From positions 1-51,904 of the IMG/VR virus record IMGVR_UViG_3300008267_000139: a stretch of DNA of 51,904 bases. The stretch is one strand, 5' to 3'. The stretch is from a virus. Lineage: Duplodnaviria; Caudoviricetes. The translations under genes and the position numbers were made by a program. Numbering within the stretch: the stretch's first letter is position 1; each line of letters starts with the position of its first letter. The notes under the pieces were generated by a model. That model worked only from the letters and a program-made list of their open reading frames with translations. It made no database searches and had not been told where the DNA came from. Below, in pieces: positions 1 to 10,294 of the stretch.

Positions 1-762
1 TTTAGAAGTACCACTATTAGTTACATTACCAAATGTAATTACAATTGAGGCATCCCAATACATTGCATTACCACCTTTATTTGTCATACGAGGTTGACTC
101 ATTGGAGTAAGTGCAGGTTGTACACCTGTTTTATTAATTACAAAGAATGTATTTGTATATGGATACTTTTCTTTACGTGATAAAGGAAATTGTTGATTGA
201 TAAAATTACCAAATTGTGTAGCCATAGCTCCAGCGTTCCACATAGGATTATTATTTCCTTGTTTAACACTCATTTCACACGGAATAGATCCTACTGAATC
301 CCAAAGGAATAATAGGTCATATGGTAATTTGCCTTTTGCTTGTTCGTTAAGAATATCAGCTATAAAAGCAGATACATCTTCAATTGTATTTAGAGATGAT
401 CTATCTACATATAGAAAAAATCCTTTATAATTCATTACCTCACCTGTCTCTTCATCAGGAATAGATTCTATTTCTAATCCCATCTTTTGAGCATGATCAA
501 AATCCCACTTCATCTCTGTGATGATGAAGACAGGCAGTACGCCCATTTTTTGGGCGGCTACTGCTGCTTCAATCAACAGAGTGGTTTTTCCAGTATCAGA
601 TCCTCCACGGGCAATGGAAAGATGTCCCATTGGTATCCCAGGAATTGATAAAGCATCAGCTACAGCAGATGAAAAAGGAATCCATCTTTGCTTTTTAAAT
701 TTTGATGCTTGATCTAGAAATTTAGATTTCTTAAAGGCATCAATATCAAAAGACTTTTTATT
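1..762 (-). CDS. uvsX: RecA/UvsX-like recombinase, partial (runs off the left edge; apparent N-terminus missing)
   Basis: Not in the ORF track. Manual translation from 762 down is open: NKKSFDIDAFKKSKFLDQ..SIPGIPMGHLSIARGGSDTGKTTLLIEAA (Walker A)..LLFLWDSVGS (Walker B)..KGGNAMYWDAS. It follows the SSB gene. Confidence 0.85.
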
Positions 763-1547
763 TTAGCAGCTGGTGTTTCTAAAGAATAAGTAGGAGTTAC
801 TGGTTTATTCATTTCAGCAATAAAATCATCTTCATCTTCTTCTTTAGATGCAATTGGGGCTTCAGTTGCTGCTGGTTCTTCTTCGGGGTTCAACCATTTA
901 GATAAGATATCTTTAAGTTGATCATAAGAATACTTACGATTAATACCTAAAATATCAGGTTGTTCTTCAAGTAGTTTAGTTACTAGAGCAGCATCTTCTG
1001 AAATTGGGGTAGTTTTAGGTTTAACACGAAGGTTACATTTAATACCTTTTCTACCAGCAATAACATCTTCAGTTGCTTCAATTGTAAAATCTCTACCATC
1101 TGTAATGTCAGTAAAATCACCATAATCATCATCTGCAGCAATACCGAGAAGTTGATCATGAGTCAATTTACCAAATTCCCACAAACGAGCACCTAAATGT
1201 TCTTCACCACGTACTACTACAGCAGCAAAGAAACGAGATTTTGGCTCAATTTTCTTAGCTAATTGCCAATCTTCTTTATCTGATGATTTGCGAAGTTGTT
1301 TTGCAAAATCAGCAATTGGATCAGCTTCATTCCAGTTAGTAAGAGCCAAAATTGGTCCTTTAGCGAAGCCATAATGAAATTGTACTTCACGGATAGGCCA
1401 AGACTTGTCATACTTGTTTGGAAGAATACGTACTTGATACTTACCGGGTTTTGGTTTGAAGAAAATCTTTGTATAATCGATTTTTTCACGTTGTTGCCCT
1501 TTGTTTTGAGCAGCGGCTAACTTCTGCTTTGCAAGATTTAAATCCAT
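714..1547 (-). CDS. Single-stranded DNA-binding protein, T4 gp32-like; abnormal C-terminus
   Basis: FFKPKPGKYQVRILP, RLWEFGK, DYGDFTDITDGRDFTI and an acidic distal region. The last ~15 aa are read out of frame across the recA sequence. Confidence 0.8.
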   Translation of the reverse strand: MDLNLAKQKLAAAQNKGQQREKIDYTKIFFKPKPGKYQVRILPNKYDKSWPIREVQFHYGFAKGPILALTNWNEADPIADFAKQLRKSSDKEDWQLAKKIEPKSRFFAAVVVRGEEHLGARLWEFGKLTHDQLLGIAADDDYGDFTDITDGRDFTIEATEDVIAGRKGIKCNLRVKPKTTPISEDAALVTKLLEEQPDILGINRKYSYDQLKDILSKWLNPEEEPAATEAPIASKEEDEDDFIAEMNKPVTPTYSLETPAAKIKSLLILMPLRNLNF

Positions 1548-1566
1548 AACTGTTTTATTTTAGAAT

Positions 1567-1598
1567 TAAATATAAGAACCTTAATTTAGACCACCAAA
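1567..1598 (-). promoter_or_regulatory. Bacteroidota-type sigma promoter for ssb-recA
   Basis: Minus strand TTTG-N20-TATATTTA, close to the known -33 TTTG / -7 TAnnTTTG consensus. Confidence 0.65.
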
Positions 1599-1934
1599 CT
1601 AAGAGATAGTCAAACTATAGTTTCCTGTTCCTCTTAAACGATAAGTAGTACCAGTAACAGCAGAGGCAGGAGTAAAAGTAAATGTAGAACTACCAGGTTG
1701 AACAACTACAGAAGCAATATATGATGATGAAACAAAACCCATTGACGCAGATACAACCCATGTTCCTAAAGCATTTGTAGGAGCACCAGCATAGGATCCA
1801 GTAGCATTTGCTATTGTTTCTAATGTAAAATATGCAGATTCACTTGGATTAGTAAAAGCAAATGTTTTTAATCCTGATAGATCCTCACCTATTGACCCGG
1901 TTCCATAAAGTTGTGCTGCTGAATATGTTGCCAT
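1599..1934 (-). CDS. Small beta-rich hypothetical protein, probably virion-associated
   Basis: 111 aa, rich in Ser, Thr and Gly; carries TGS/SAS motifs like the structural proteins. Confidence 0.6.
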   Translation of the reverse strand: MATYSAAQLYGTGSIGEDLSGLKTFAFTNPSESAYFTLETIANATGSYAGAPTNALGTWVVSASMGFVSSSYIASVVVQPGSSTFTFTPASAVTGTTYRLRGTGNYSLTIS

Positions 1935-2350
1935 TATTTATTAAGATCTATAATTTTATAAATAGCAGTGTCTAATCGGCGCAATTCAGGGCCTGTATTA
2001 AGTAATATACAATTTTTATAATCAGCCCAGTTTATAATAAATCTAGTATCTAATACACCATCATTTAAGGTTCTAATCAATGCATTTAAAGCATTAATTG
2101 TATATAATGTATTTGATTCCTTTTTACGGTGTAATAATATAGTATTAGGTAATACAGAATCCGATGTATTCCCCGCATCTATATTGTATGTACACATTAA
2201 TTCTTTGCTTTGAGGTGACTCAAGAACAAATATTTTGTTATACAATATTGTGTAGCGACGGTTAATATCGGAGAGAACCGTATCCAGCTCATCTGGAGTA
2301 GTAAATGTACAGAATAATTTATTCAAATCGAAAAATATATTGTCCGTCAT
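1934..2350 (-). CDS. Hypothetical protein
   Basis: 138 aa ORF; its stop overlaps the next start; the ATG overlaps an ATATTTAT motif. Confidence 0.65.
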   Translation of the reverse strand: MTDNIFFDLNKLFCTFTTPDELDTVLSDINRRYTILYNKIFVLESPQSKELMCTYNIDAGNTSDSVLPNTILLHRKKESNTLYTINALNALIRTLNDGVLDTRFIINWADYKNCILLNTGPELRRLDTAIYKIIDLNK

Positions 2351-2356
2351 AAATAT

Positions 2357-3661
2357 TTAAATTTTTGTTAAACCATGGTATGAATTGCCTTGTTTGATGC
2401 TTACTGGGTATTGCAGCAGGGCTTTGATAGGAATAAAAATTTCACCATCTTCTTTAGCGTAATCAAACAAAAATGCATCATAAGTGTATAATACTAATTT
2501 GGTTTTTTTATTTTTTAAATAATCTAGTACCAATTCGAGTAATTCAACATTAGTTGATGTTTCTTTACTTTGAACCACATAATTAAATATTTTTTGTGGG
2601 TTCATTTCTCCTAATTGGTCACGTATAAATATTTTATTTTCAGTAATCACTGCCTTTCCATATTGCAGTGTATCCCATAGCTCATCAACATACATGGCTA
2701 CCTCTTTAAAGAATGGTTTGTTTTGATATTCACTCCATACACCCCCATATAGTTGTTTAAATGTTAATTCCTTGGCTTCTTGCGGAGTAACATTTAATGT
2801 TTCAGCCAATGTTTCATATGTGTTTCTAGTATTTAAAAATTGAAAATTAACCATTTTTCCGATCAATCGTGGATGATATCCTTGAAAATCCATCTCAATA
2901 AACATATCATTTACTGGTCTGTAGCATTCACGTTCACCATTATCCTTATTTAATGCAGCAAAATTAATACTATTACAGGTGTTAGATGGGCGTGTAGTGG
3001 TATTATATAAATTGTATTGAGTATATAATCTGCCCTTAGATAAATTAAATTCCGGGTATTGTATTTTATTTTGATAGTAGTTTATATAACAGTCTTTATC
3101 TACTTTAATGCCGTTTTTTTCAATTTGATAAAATACATTAGTTGTTTTAAAATTCTGAAAATGGAATGTTGGGTGGGTAAAAGTATATTTTTTAATAATA
3201 GGTTCTATTTTAGTAAATATAGCTTCACTCTCTTCATAATGTTTACTAATAGGGATTAAACAATTAACATTAGGTAAGTTTATATGTTTACTATAATAAT
3301 AAGTTATACAACTATTATCTAATACTTCTGTTAAATCAGGAAATTCAACAAAATTAATATCTAACAATTTGCTAGATAATGGATATACCCAATGTAGTGC
3401 TTGTTTTTTATCAATTAAAAATAATCTATGTGTGTTAGTATTTAACCAATTAATTACTTCTGTTTGATCTAAACTAAATGATTCATTATGATCTAAACAC
3501 AATATATATCCTTTCTTTTCATCAAGTGGTCTAATATAGATTAGACTTAATGATGTAAGTGCAGGATGAAAATTGTCATTTTTAGGAATAAACCTAATAA
3601 AGCAATCATTAAATGGACCTAGTTGTGATAATTGATCTTGGCGTTCTATAATGTAAAACAT
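2357..3661 (-). CDS. Compact family A DNA polymerase-like protein
   Basis: TTTRPS, motif A EMDFQGYHPRL, motif B AKELTFKQLYGG, NYVVQS, motif C LYTYDAFLFD. Confidence 0.8.
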   Translation of the reverse strand: MFYIIERQDQLSQLGPFNDCFIRFIPKNDNFHPALTSLSLIYIRPLDEKKGYILCLDHNESFSLDQTEVINWLNTNTHRLFLIDKKQALHWVYPLSSKLLDINFVEFPDLTEVLDNSCITYYYSKHINLPNVNCLIPISKHYEESEAIFTKIEPIIKKYTFTHPTFHFQNFKTTNVFYQIEKNGIKVDKDCYINYYQNKIQYPEFNLSKGRLYTQYNLYNTTTRPSNTCNSINFAALNKDNGERECYRPVNDMFIEMDFQGYHPRLIGKMVNFQFLNTRNTYETLAETLNVTPQEAKELTFKQLYGGVWSEYQNKPFFKEVAMYVDELWDTLQYGKAVITENKIFIRDQLGEMNPQKIFNYVVQSKETSTNVELLELVLDYLKNKKTKLVLYTYDAFLFDYAKEDGEIFIPIKALLQYPVSIKQGNSYHGLTKI

Positions 3662-3679
3662 ATTTCATAACCTTTGAAT

Positions 3680-3712
3680 TAAATATAATAAAAAAATTTA
3701 GCCTTCTACAAA
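3680..3712 (-). promoter_or_regulatory. Bacteroidota-type sigma promoter for the polA-like gene
   Basis: Minus strand TTTG-N21-TATATTTA, ending 19 nt before the ATG. Confidence 0.65.
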
Positions 3713-4192
3713 TTCTTTTAATCCAATCATTTGAGAATAAGCTTGTTCAGAAGTTAAAGTAACACCTTGATAAGTACCTATATATATTGTTTGGTGTATA
3801 AAATCATTTTTAAGAGAATTATATGCATTTTCATTTATTTCTCTTATAAGAATAGGAGTATTATTAATTTTTTTAGCAAAAAATCTTATAGTTGTATTAC
3901 GATACGTTAAATCAGAAACAGGAAGATTATAAAAGGGAGGTGTTTGAAGTTGTTGAGATGTAATTCCTGAGTTGAGTGAAAATATAGCTGTGTCTAGGGT
4001 ATTATTATATAGTTGATTTGTTTCTTGGGCTTTAACTAGTTTAGGAGCATCCTTAGTATATTCTTTTCCAGCATACAAAACACCATTTAATTCATAATAA
4101 TATCCCTGATAAGGTTGATTAGAAACTTCTTTAACATATTCTCCCCCAGAAGTATATTTACCTGTTTGTATTAAATTAGATGGTATTTTCAT
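3698..4192 (-). CDS. Hypothetical protein at the end of the baseplate operon
   Basis: 164 aa ORF with YTSGGEY..PYQGYYYE; 9 nt from the upstream gene. Confidence 0.65.
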   Translation of the reverse strand: MKIPSNLIQTGKYTSGGEYVKEVSNQPYQGYYYELNGVLYAGKEYTKDAPKLVKAQETNQLYNNTLDTAIFSLNSGITSQQLQTPPFYNLPVSDLTYRNTTIRFFAKKINNTPILIREINENAYNSLKNDFIHQTIYIGTYQGVTLTSEQAYSQMIGLKEFVEG

Positions 4193-4201
4193 ATTTTATT
4201 T

Positions 4202-7200
4202 TTACAAACCAAGAGTTTTAGCTAAAACATATATTGATTTTGCTGTATTTGTAGCATCTACATATCGAGGATCTGAGTTAAATAATCCCACCCAGTTGCT
4301 TGCATATCCGGTTCCAAAATAATTACTATCATCTGGGTTGGTAGGGACTATTTGCCTTCCACTTAATGATCCTTGTTTTCGAGATTTCATAACTTCAATT
4401 AGGTGATCTATACATTCTTGCCAAGTATTATATGTGGCGAAAGCTCTACAATTTCCACCACTATCTAATAAAGTAGTACTTCCCTTTACAAAATTAGCAT
4501 CAGTAGAAATAAATCCACCTCCATCTGTTTGAAGTCCAATATAGTTGTTATTTATTCCTTTTTTACCATTACCACTTTCAATTATAAAAATTGCATATGT
4601 TGCTCTTTTTACAGACGAATCAATAGAATTACCTTTACTTTTGAGATAATTAGCTACATCTGCAGTGTTTACTGAAGTTTGTTGATATGGTATAACAGGA
4701 AGATTTTTCCATTTTCCTGATCGATTTGTTTTATCAATTCCAGCACAAGATGTATTTCCTCCTCCACCACCTGTGTTATTATTTGCTGTTAGAAATGAAT
4801 TTTTAATAGATTCTTCAATTAATGCTGTTAAATCTAGGCTTAAAAATTTAGTTTTATTAGGATCAGGACCGTCTAAAACAATATTTAAAGCATCTATTTT
4901 AGTCACCCAATCACTATTAGAAACAGTGTGACCTATTCCTGTTATAGTTTGAGCTAATTTAACTCCAACATTATTACCTTTATACCCATTAGGTAATATA
5001 TCTTCATTTATTTTAAATAAATGACCAATTACTAATCCTCCTATTCCATCCATTTCAAAAGAAAATTTAATAGGAATAATATTTCTATTTGCTGAGTTAG
5101 AGCTAGTTATTGTTTGGAAATATGCAATTAGGTCTTTTAAATTATTTTTTGCCTGGTTGAATAAGGTATTTAAATCAACAGTGGCAGCATTACCTGATAC
5201 GCTACTGTTATTGGTTGAATTTGTGTTTACTGGAGTAGCCAGATTAGAAAATAGATATATTATACCTCCTAGATTGCTTGCTAAGGCAGTACTACTACCA
5301 TTAATAGAAGGATCTTGATTAGCAATAGCAAAATCTTTTTGAGGTAATATTCTATCAGTAAGATTTTTGTTAAAATCAATCATGGTATTATTTTGCATAC
5401 CTAATACTCCTCCTTTAGCTTGAGAGCTTATAGCTATCATAGAACTTTGTTCAGGAAATATCTGTGATTGAAGAGAATAAGAACGTACTACTGATTTTGT
5501 GTTTTGTACTTCAAGTTGAAATAATGAAGGTTGACTTGTTTTATCTCCAGTATAATTTACATCAATTATTCTAGCTTTATTGTCTATAGGATCAACGTGA
5601 ATTTCAAAATTATTTATATTACCTATTGATACTTGAATAGCAGATATCATGCTTTTCAAATACTTGTATAAATTAATATTATTTTTTTCTTGTTTATCTT
5701 GAGATTCTATATTTGCATCTAAGGATAACTTATAAAGAAAATCTAAATTTACCCATATATTTTTTATAATACCTAATTCTTTTTCACCTGTTCCATCAAT
5801 AAAAAATTCCTGTGGTAAGTTTTTTAAAAACTGTAATGAACTAAAAGCTTTTGATACTCCTGTTGTAAGAGCAATAGCTGATGTTGTAGCAGCACTTTGT
5901 GTTATATTAATGGTTACTTTATTAAAGTAAAAGGTAGTAATACCTGTTTGAGCTTGAGTTTCAGAACGATCATCTAGAGTAACATTACTAGGAGATAGTA
6001 TTCTTTTAAGTTCAGATATTATAGGATCATATTGATTTTTTGTAGTTCCTCTAGAAATAATTCCGGGACCTAAAATATCATTAAGTATATCTTGTAATGA
6101 TTTATTAGTTTTTTGTTTTATAAGATTTTCAACAGTTCCATATAAAACAAAATCATTAGATGGAATTTGTTTTAATGCTTTTACTAGATTATTTAAAGCT
6201 CTGTTTCCGTTGCTAAAGAATGAATTATAATCATTTATTGCATTTTGAATATCATTTGTTAATGTTTGAGATAATTGTGCTGTTGGCGCAGAAGCTCCAC
6301 TTGCTGCAGATAAGATTCCTCCTTGACCATACCATAAAGGACTTTTAATAAGACATACTGTGGGATCAACGGATACTTGTAGAGGATGAGCCAAGCATAA
6401 TAATTGTTCTGGGGGTCTTGAAGATGTTCCTGAAGGGTCTTCAGAATATAAAGATAAAGATACTACACTGCTAAGGCCTGATTTGGCTATAACATAATTA
6501 TTTAGTATATCAAAAGTGGCTTCTAGAGTAATATAACATTGTATTCCATCTTTTACAATAGTTTCAGAATTACTAGTATTAATAGTTGATAATCCAGGAA
6601 AAGAACCACTAATAATTCTATTTTTATTTATAAGAACAGAGGTACTATTCAAAGTTGCAGAATTATTAAATACATTTAATTTATCATAAAGTTCAGCCCA
6701 CATTCCTGCTAAAATATTCTTTTCATAATATTGTTTATAGCTGTTAGATGGGGTTTTTCCTTGATTAGAAAATTCAGGGTTTAAAAATCCTTCTCCAGAA
6801 CTAGTAGTATTAAGTTTAGTTAAATTAGGTAATACATAATTAACTTTAAGAGATTCTATTATTTCTCCTGTAGATATAATTGTTGCTTGGCAATCATAAC
6901 CACCATCAGGTCTAGCTGACCATTGGTAGTTTTTAATGTAACCAAACATTGCTTCATAGTTACCTCCAGATGCTATTCCTTTATTGTATAGTTCTTTAAA
7001 TAGATCTTGTCTATTGGTTGCTCCTTTATTGATTATATCAAAAAAACTAGGAGGGGTTGTTTCTAATTTTCCACTATTATTTAAATAAGGATACCACCCC
7101 CATTCTATTAATACTGTATATCCAGGGCGCATGTAGAGTATTTCTAAATCTTCTAGTTGTTGAATATTCCAACATTGAAAATTTACTACAACTTCTCTTA

Positions 7201-7585
7201 ATGAACCATATGCTGATTTTGATTTTACATCTATTGATGTAATGCCAGGCATTGGGCGAAGACCAGCAGCTCCTGCTGTAGCTGGGTTTCCATTTATTTG
7301 TCCATATAATTTGCCTGATGGGGTGAAATTACTGTAAGCTTTGTCTTGTCCTCCTACTCCTGACCTTAAAGCTCCATTATTTAGAGTTCCACCTAATAGA
7401 ATGTATTGTTTAGCTAAGTCATTTGTACCATTGACATTGACACTAGAGCTCATTCTAATCCATGAATTGCGAGAATGAAGATATTGAATTACTTCAGGAG
7501 TGCGGTTAGCACCCATCATTGCTTCTTGTCTCTTCTCTAGTTGAGTTGCAATTTCAGTTTTAAAGGTATCTCTAAATATTGACAT
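4202..7585 (-). CDS. Baseplate hub-like protein with a C-terminal peptidoglycan hydrolase (GH73/lysozyme-like) domain
   Basis: 1127 aa after the LysM-like gene. LRPMPGITSIDVK..YMRPGYTVLIEWGW core, Gly linker, then AIFIIESGNG..NNYIGLQ..RAFATYNTWQECI. Confidence 0.6.
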   Translation of the reverse strand: MSIFRDTFKTEIATQLEKRQEAMMGANRTPEVIQYLHSRNSWIRMSSSVNVNGTNDLAKQYILLGGTLNNGALRSGVGGQDKAYSNFTPSGKLYGQINGNPATAGAAGLRPMPGITSIDVKSKSAYGSLREVVVNFQCWNIQQLEDLEILYMRPGYTVLIEWGWYPYLNNSGKLETTPPSFFDIINKGATNRQDLFKELYNKGIASGGNYEAMFGYIKNYQWSARPDGGYDCQATIISTGEIIESLKVNYVLPNLTKLNTTSSGEGFLNPEFSNQGKTPSNSYKQYYEKNILAGMWAELYDKLNVFNNSATLNSTSVLINKNRIISGSFPGLSTINTSNSETIVKDGIQCYITLEATFDILNNYVIAKSGLSSVVSLSLYSEDPSGTSSRPPEQLLCLAHPLQVSVDPTVCLIKSPLWYGQGGILSAASGASAPTAQLSQTLTNDIQNAINDYNSFFSNGNRALNNLVKALKQIPSNDFVLYGTVENLIKQKTNKSLQDILNDILGPGIISRGTTKNQYDPIISELKRILSPSNVTLDDRSETQAQTGITTFYFNKVTINITQSAATTSAIALTTGVSKAFSSLQFLKNLPQEFFIDGTGEKELGIIKNIWVNLDFLYKLSLDANIESQDKQEKNNINLYKYLKSMISAIQVSIGNINNFEIHVDPIDNKARIIDVNYTGDKTSQPSLFQLEVQNTKSVVRSYSLQSQIFPEQSSMIAISSQAKGGVLGMQNNTMIDFNKNLTDRILPQKDFAIANQDPSINGSSTALASNLGGIIYLFSNLATPVNTNSTNNSSVSGNAATVDLNTLFNQAKNNLKDLIAYFQTITSSNSANRNIIPIKFSFEMDGIGGLVIGHLFKINEDILPNGYKGNNVGVKLAQTITGIGHTVSNSDWVTKIDALNIVLDGPDPNKTKFLSLDLTALIEESIKNSFLTANNNTGGGGGNTSCAGIDKTNRSGKWKNLPVIPYQQTSVNTADVANYLKSKGNSIDSSVKRATYAIFIIESGNGKKGINNNYIGLQTDGGGFISTDANFVKGSTTLLDSGGNCRAFATYNTWQECIDHLIEVMKSRKQGSLSGRQIVPTNPDDSNYFGTGYASNWVGLFNSDPRYVDATNTAKSIYVLAKTLGL

Positions 7586-7590
7586 AACAT

Positions 7591-7899
7591 TTATCTAGCT
7601 TGATTAAATTGATTAAATTGTTTTAAAACGCTATTTACATCAGTTGGTATTCTTAATTGAGTACCAGGTGCTGGGTATAAAGCCCCATTAGTTATGTTGT
7701 TATTAGCTGTTGCTATAATCCACCACAAGGTAGGGTCACGATAATAAGAATATGCTAAACTATCAAGTCTATCTCCTACAGTAGTTATAACATATACATC
7801 TGTTTCTGATAAAGGAATGTTTGGATATTGTTTTCCTTTATAGTAGGGTCTATTTGTATATGGAGTTTTTAATATAGTTGCATTATCGTAGCGTGTCAT
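7591..7899 (-). CDS. LysM-like baseplate protein (gp53/tail X-like)
   Basis: GDRLDSLAYSYYRDPTLWWIIATAN..PGTQLRIP. Confidence 0.8.
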   Translation of the reverse strand: MTRYDNATILKTPYTNRPYYKGKQYPNIPLSETDVYVITTVGDRLDSLAYSYYRDPTLWWIIATANNNITNGALYPAPGTQLRIPTDVNSVLKQFNQFNQAR

Positions 7900-7905
7900 A
7901 TTATA

Positions 7906-9885
7906 TTATTTAGGATATGGTGGTGCTTCTACTACATTGCCGTTTGTATCAACATCTGTTGTAAAGTGTTCTGCTATTTTAGTTCCTGTTATAAAACCAG
8001 ATCGTTGAGCTTGAGTTGAATTTTCTGGGTTTGGTAGGTAACCAAAAAAACCATTTTTTAATGTATTTGGACCGCTTTGTTCATACTCTGGGAGTTTACG
8101 ATGTATTATTGTTAAATCAACATTAACATCTAAATACATAGCTAATAAAGCATCGTTACTAATATCCCAAGAAGCATCATCAGGAATGCTATAGTTTAAA
8201 CTGTTTAATACAGCATATTCACCAACTAAGTAATTTCCAACATTTACTTTAAGTAAAACCCCAGCTAATAAACCATTACCATTATAACTACCAGCAGTTG
8301 TTGATGCTAGTTGTCCTAATGCTCTGTGTTTTTCAAATAATTGAATTTTATTAAAACAAGGAATTTTTAAGTTAAAAGATACGTTGCGTTTAAATTTATT
8401 GTATATATAAAAACTTTCAGCTCTACCGGCATAATTAATATCATTCCAAGTAGCATTGAAATTATCTTTAAATCCAGTCATATAAGCCGAAAATATCCAT
8501 CTTTCAGGGTATTGTTGGTTGGCTTCGAATGGGTTAATAGCTCTAAAAACTACAGTTAATATAGAAGCATCTTGTCTTTCAAATGGAGATGAAACATCAT
8601 ATTCTCTTTTACTTCCACTAGCTGAAGTTTTTACATTCCCATAATATTTAAAATCAGGAGCATCTCTAGTTATACTAATATCTTTTGTTGATATTGCATC
8701 TCCATAGGAAGATGAAAAATAACCTCCACTAACAAAAGGAATTGGTTGAGATATATCTGTTTTTATTTTTTTCTTTAAAGCATTATATGTGTCAACAGTA
8801 CCATTTGTTATAGCAGTATTTATATTGTTTGGTTCTAATGGTACTCCTGTATAAGTAGATATTGATTTTTTAGGATCTTGATATATGCTTTTATCTCCGG
8901 TTGCTTTAGAGTAATCAATAGACTCTGGATTGTTGTTTTTTCTTGATTTGCCTGCAAAAGAAGTAGAATTAGAAAGGGATTCTTGTATTCTAAATCCATC
9001 CTCTGTAAAATCGTATCTATTAATTCTTGTTCTTCCTATACCATAAGTAGAGCCAGGGCCTGTTAAATAATCATCAATTACTAATTGACCAGGAGTTGGG
9101 GAAATTTTTGGTATTATATTCCCAGTAATTGCTCCTAAAGCTCCAGTAATTGTATTTATTACTCTTGCTGTTTTTGGACTTATTAAACCACGATTAGCAG
9201 CACCATCTCCTAATTTAAATTTGCTTTTGTATTCTACTAATCTGTTAAATCTACTATTAACTGATCTATTATTGGAGTCAACTACAGCTGCATATTTAGT
9301 GTCTTCATTTTGGGTTGGTCCTATGCCATGCCTATTAAAGTGAATACCAAAAGCATTAGATGGTACTTGTGCTAATGTATTAATTCCTAAATTATAAATG
9401 CGGGTAGGGCCTAATAAACCCCCAGTAAGAGTACCTAATAACCCTCCAGGAGATAAAGCTCCACCAAATACTCCTGCTAGTCCTTTTTTAACTTCTAATT
9501 TTGGAGTTGATAATTGTAAACCAACTTGTTTAATAATAAAGAGAGGACCAGTAGGTAAAGTAGTAAGAAAACCACCAATACGAAAAGTATCATTTATAGA
9601 GCTTTGAATAGAACCTAAAGCTCCTCCACGAATAAAAGTATCTCCTGCTAAAATTTCTCTAGCAAATCTTCCTAGTTTACTATTGCCTAACCTAACACTT
9701 AAGTTAGGAACAGCAGGAATACTATTAATACCTAATATTTTAAGAATATTATTAGGACCAACAGTAAGAGTAGTTTTACCACTAGGGTCAGAAGTTATGA
9801 AAGGTTGACCACTATTTCCCCCTCCAGGGCGGTCGTGCCCGTATTTAAGAGAAGTTAAATCGGTTTTAAGATCAAGTAGTGGCAT
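7906..9885 (-). CDS. Baseplate or tail-tube initiator-like protein
   Basis: C-terminal tube-like motifs (FKDNFNATWNDINYAGRAESFYIY..RNVSFNLKI..LNYSIPDDASWDI); lies between the tape measure and LysM-like genes. Confidence 0.55.
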   Translation of the reverse strand: MPLLDLKTDLTSLKYGHDRPGGGNSGQPFITSDPSGKTTLTVGPNNILKILGINSIPAVPNLSVRLGNSKLGRFAREILAGDTFIRGGALGSIQSSINDTFRIGGFLTTLPTGPLFIIKQVGLQLSTPKLEVKKGLAGVFGGALSPGGLLGTLTGGLLGPTRIYNLGINTLAQVPSNAFGIHFNRHGIGPTQNEDTKYAAVVDSNNRSVNSRFNRLVEYKSKFKLGDGAANRGLISPKTARVINTITGALGAITGNIIPKISPTPGQLVIDDYLTGPGSTYGIGRTRINRYDFTEDGFRIQESLSNSTSFAGKSRKNNNPESIDYSKATGDKSIYQDPKKSISTYTGVPLEPNNINTAITNGTVDTYNALKKKIKTDISQPIPFVSGGYFSSSYGDAISTKDISITRDAPDFKYYGNVKTSASGSKREYDVSSPFERQDASILTVVFRAINPFEANQQYPERWIFSAYMTGFKDNFNATWNDINYAGRAESFYIYNKFKRNVSFNLKIPCFNKIQLFEKHRALGQLASTTAGSYNGNGLLAGVLLKVNVGNYLVGEYAVLNSLNYSIPDDASWDISNDALLAMYLDVNVDLTIIHRKLPEYEQSGPNTLKNGFFGYLPNPENSTQAQRSGFITGTKIAEHFTTDVDTNGNVVEAPPYPK

Positions 9886-9888
9886 ATT

Positions 9889-10248
9889 TTATCCGAAATA
9901 GCGACCTTCAGTTGGTCCTAAATCTTTATAATTACGGCCAGTTTTAGATTTGTAAATTTGTGATACTACACCTGCTACTTCTAAGTTAGGAGCTTTATTA
10001 TCTAGCTCATCTAATTGAGATTCTTGTGGAAGATAAGGAGCATAAGCTGTTTTATTAAAACTTACAATTCTAACTTTTGGGGTAGAATTTACATCATATG
10101 TATTTTGTAACTTACTTTCTTTAGGATCTAATGGATTTACAGTATTAGCAGCATCAGCAAATCCCCAAGCAGCAGATCGTGGCTGGGGGTCTAGTTTATT
10201 TCCTAGTAAGCTGTATTTACTTTCTCCTAGTTTGTTTAATAATGACAT
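9889..10248 (-). CDS. Hypothetical tail-region protein
   Basis: 119 aa ORF preceded by ATATTTAT. Confidence 0.6.
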   Translation of the reverse strand: MSLLNKLGESKYSLLGNKLDPQPRSAAWGFADAANTVNPLDPKESKLQNTYDVNSTPKVRIVSFNKTAYAPYLPQESQLDELDNKAPNLEVAGVVSQIYKSKTGRNYKDLGPTEGRYFG

Positions 10249-10294
10249 TTTTGTAATATTTTATGGTTCTATGTATAAATATTTAATAACTAAA

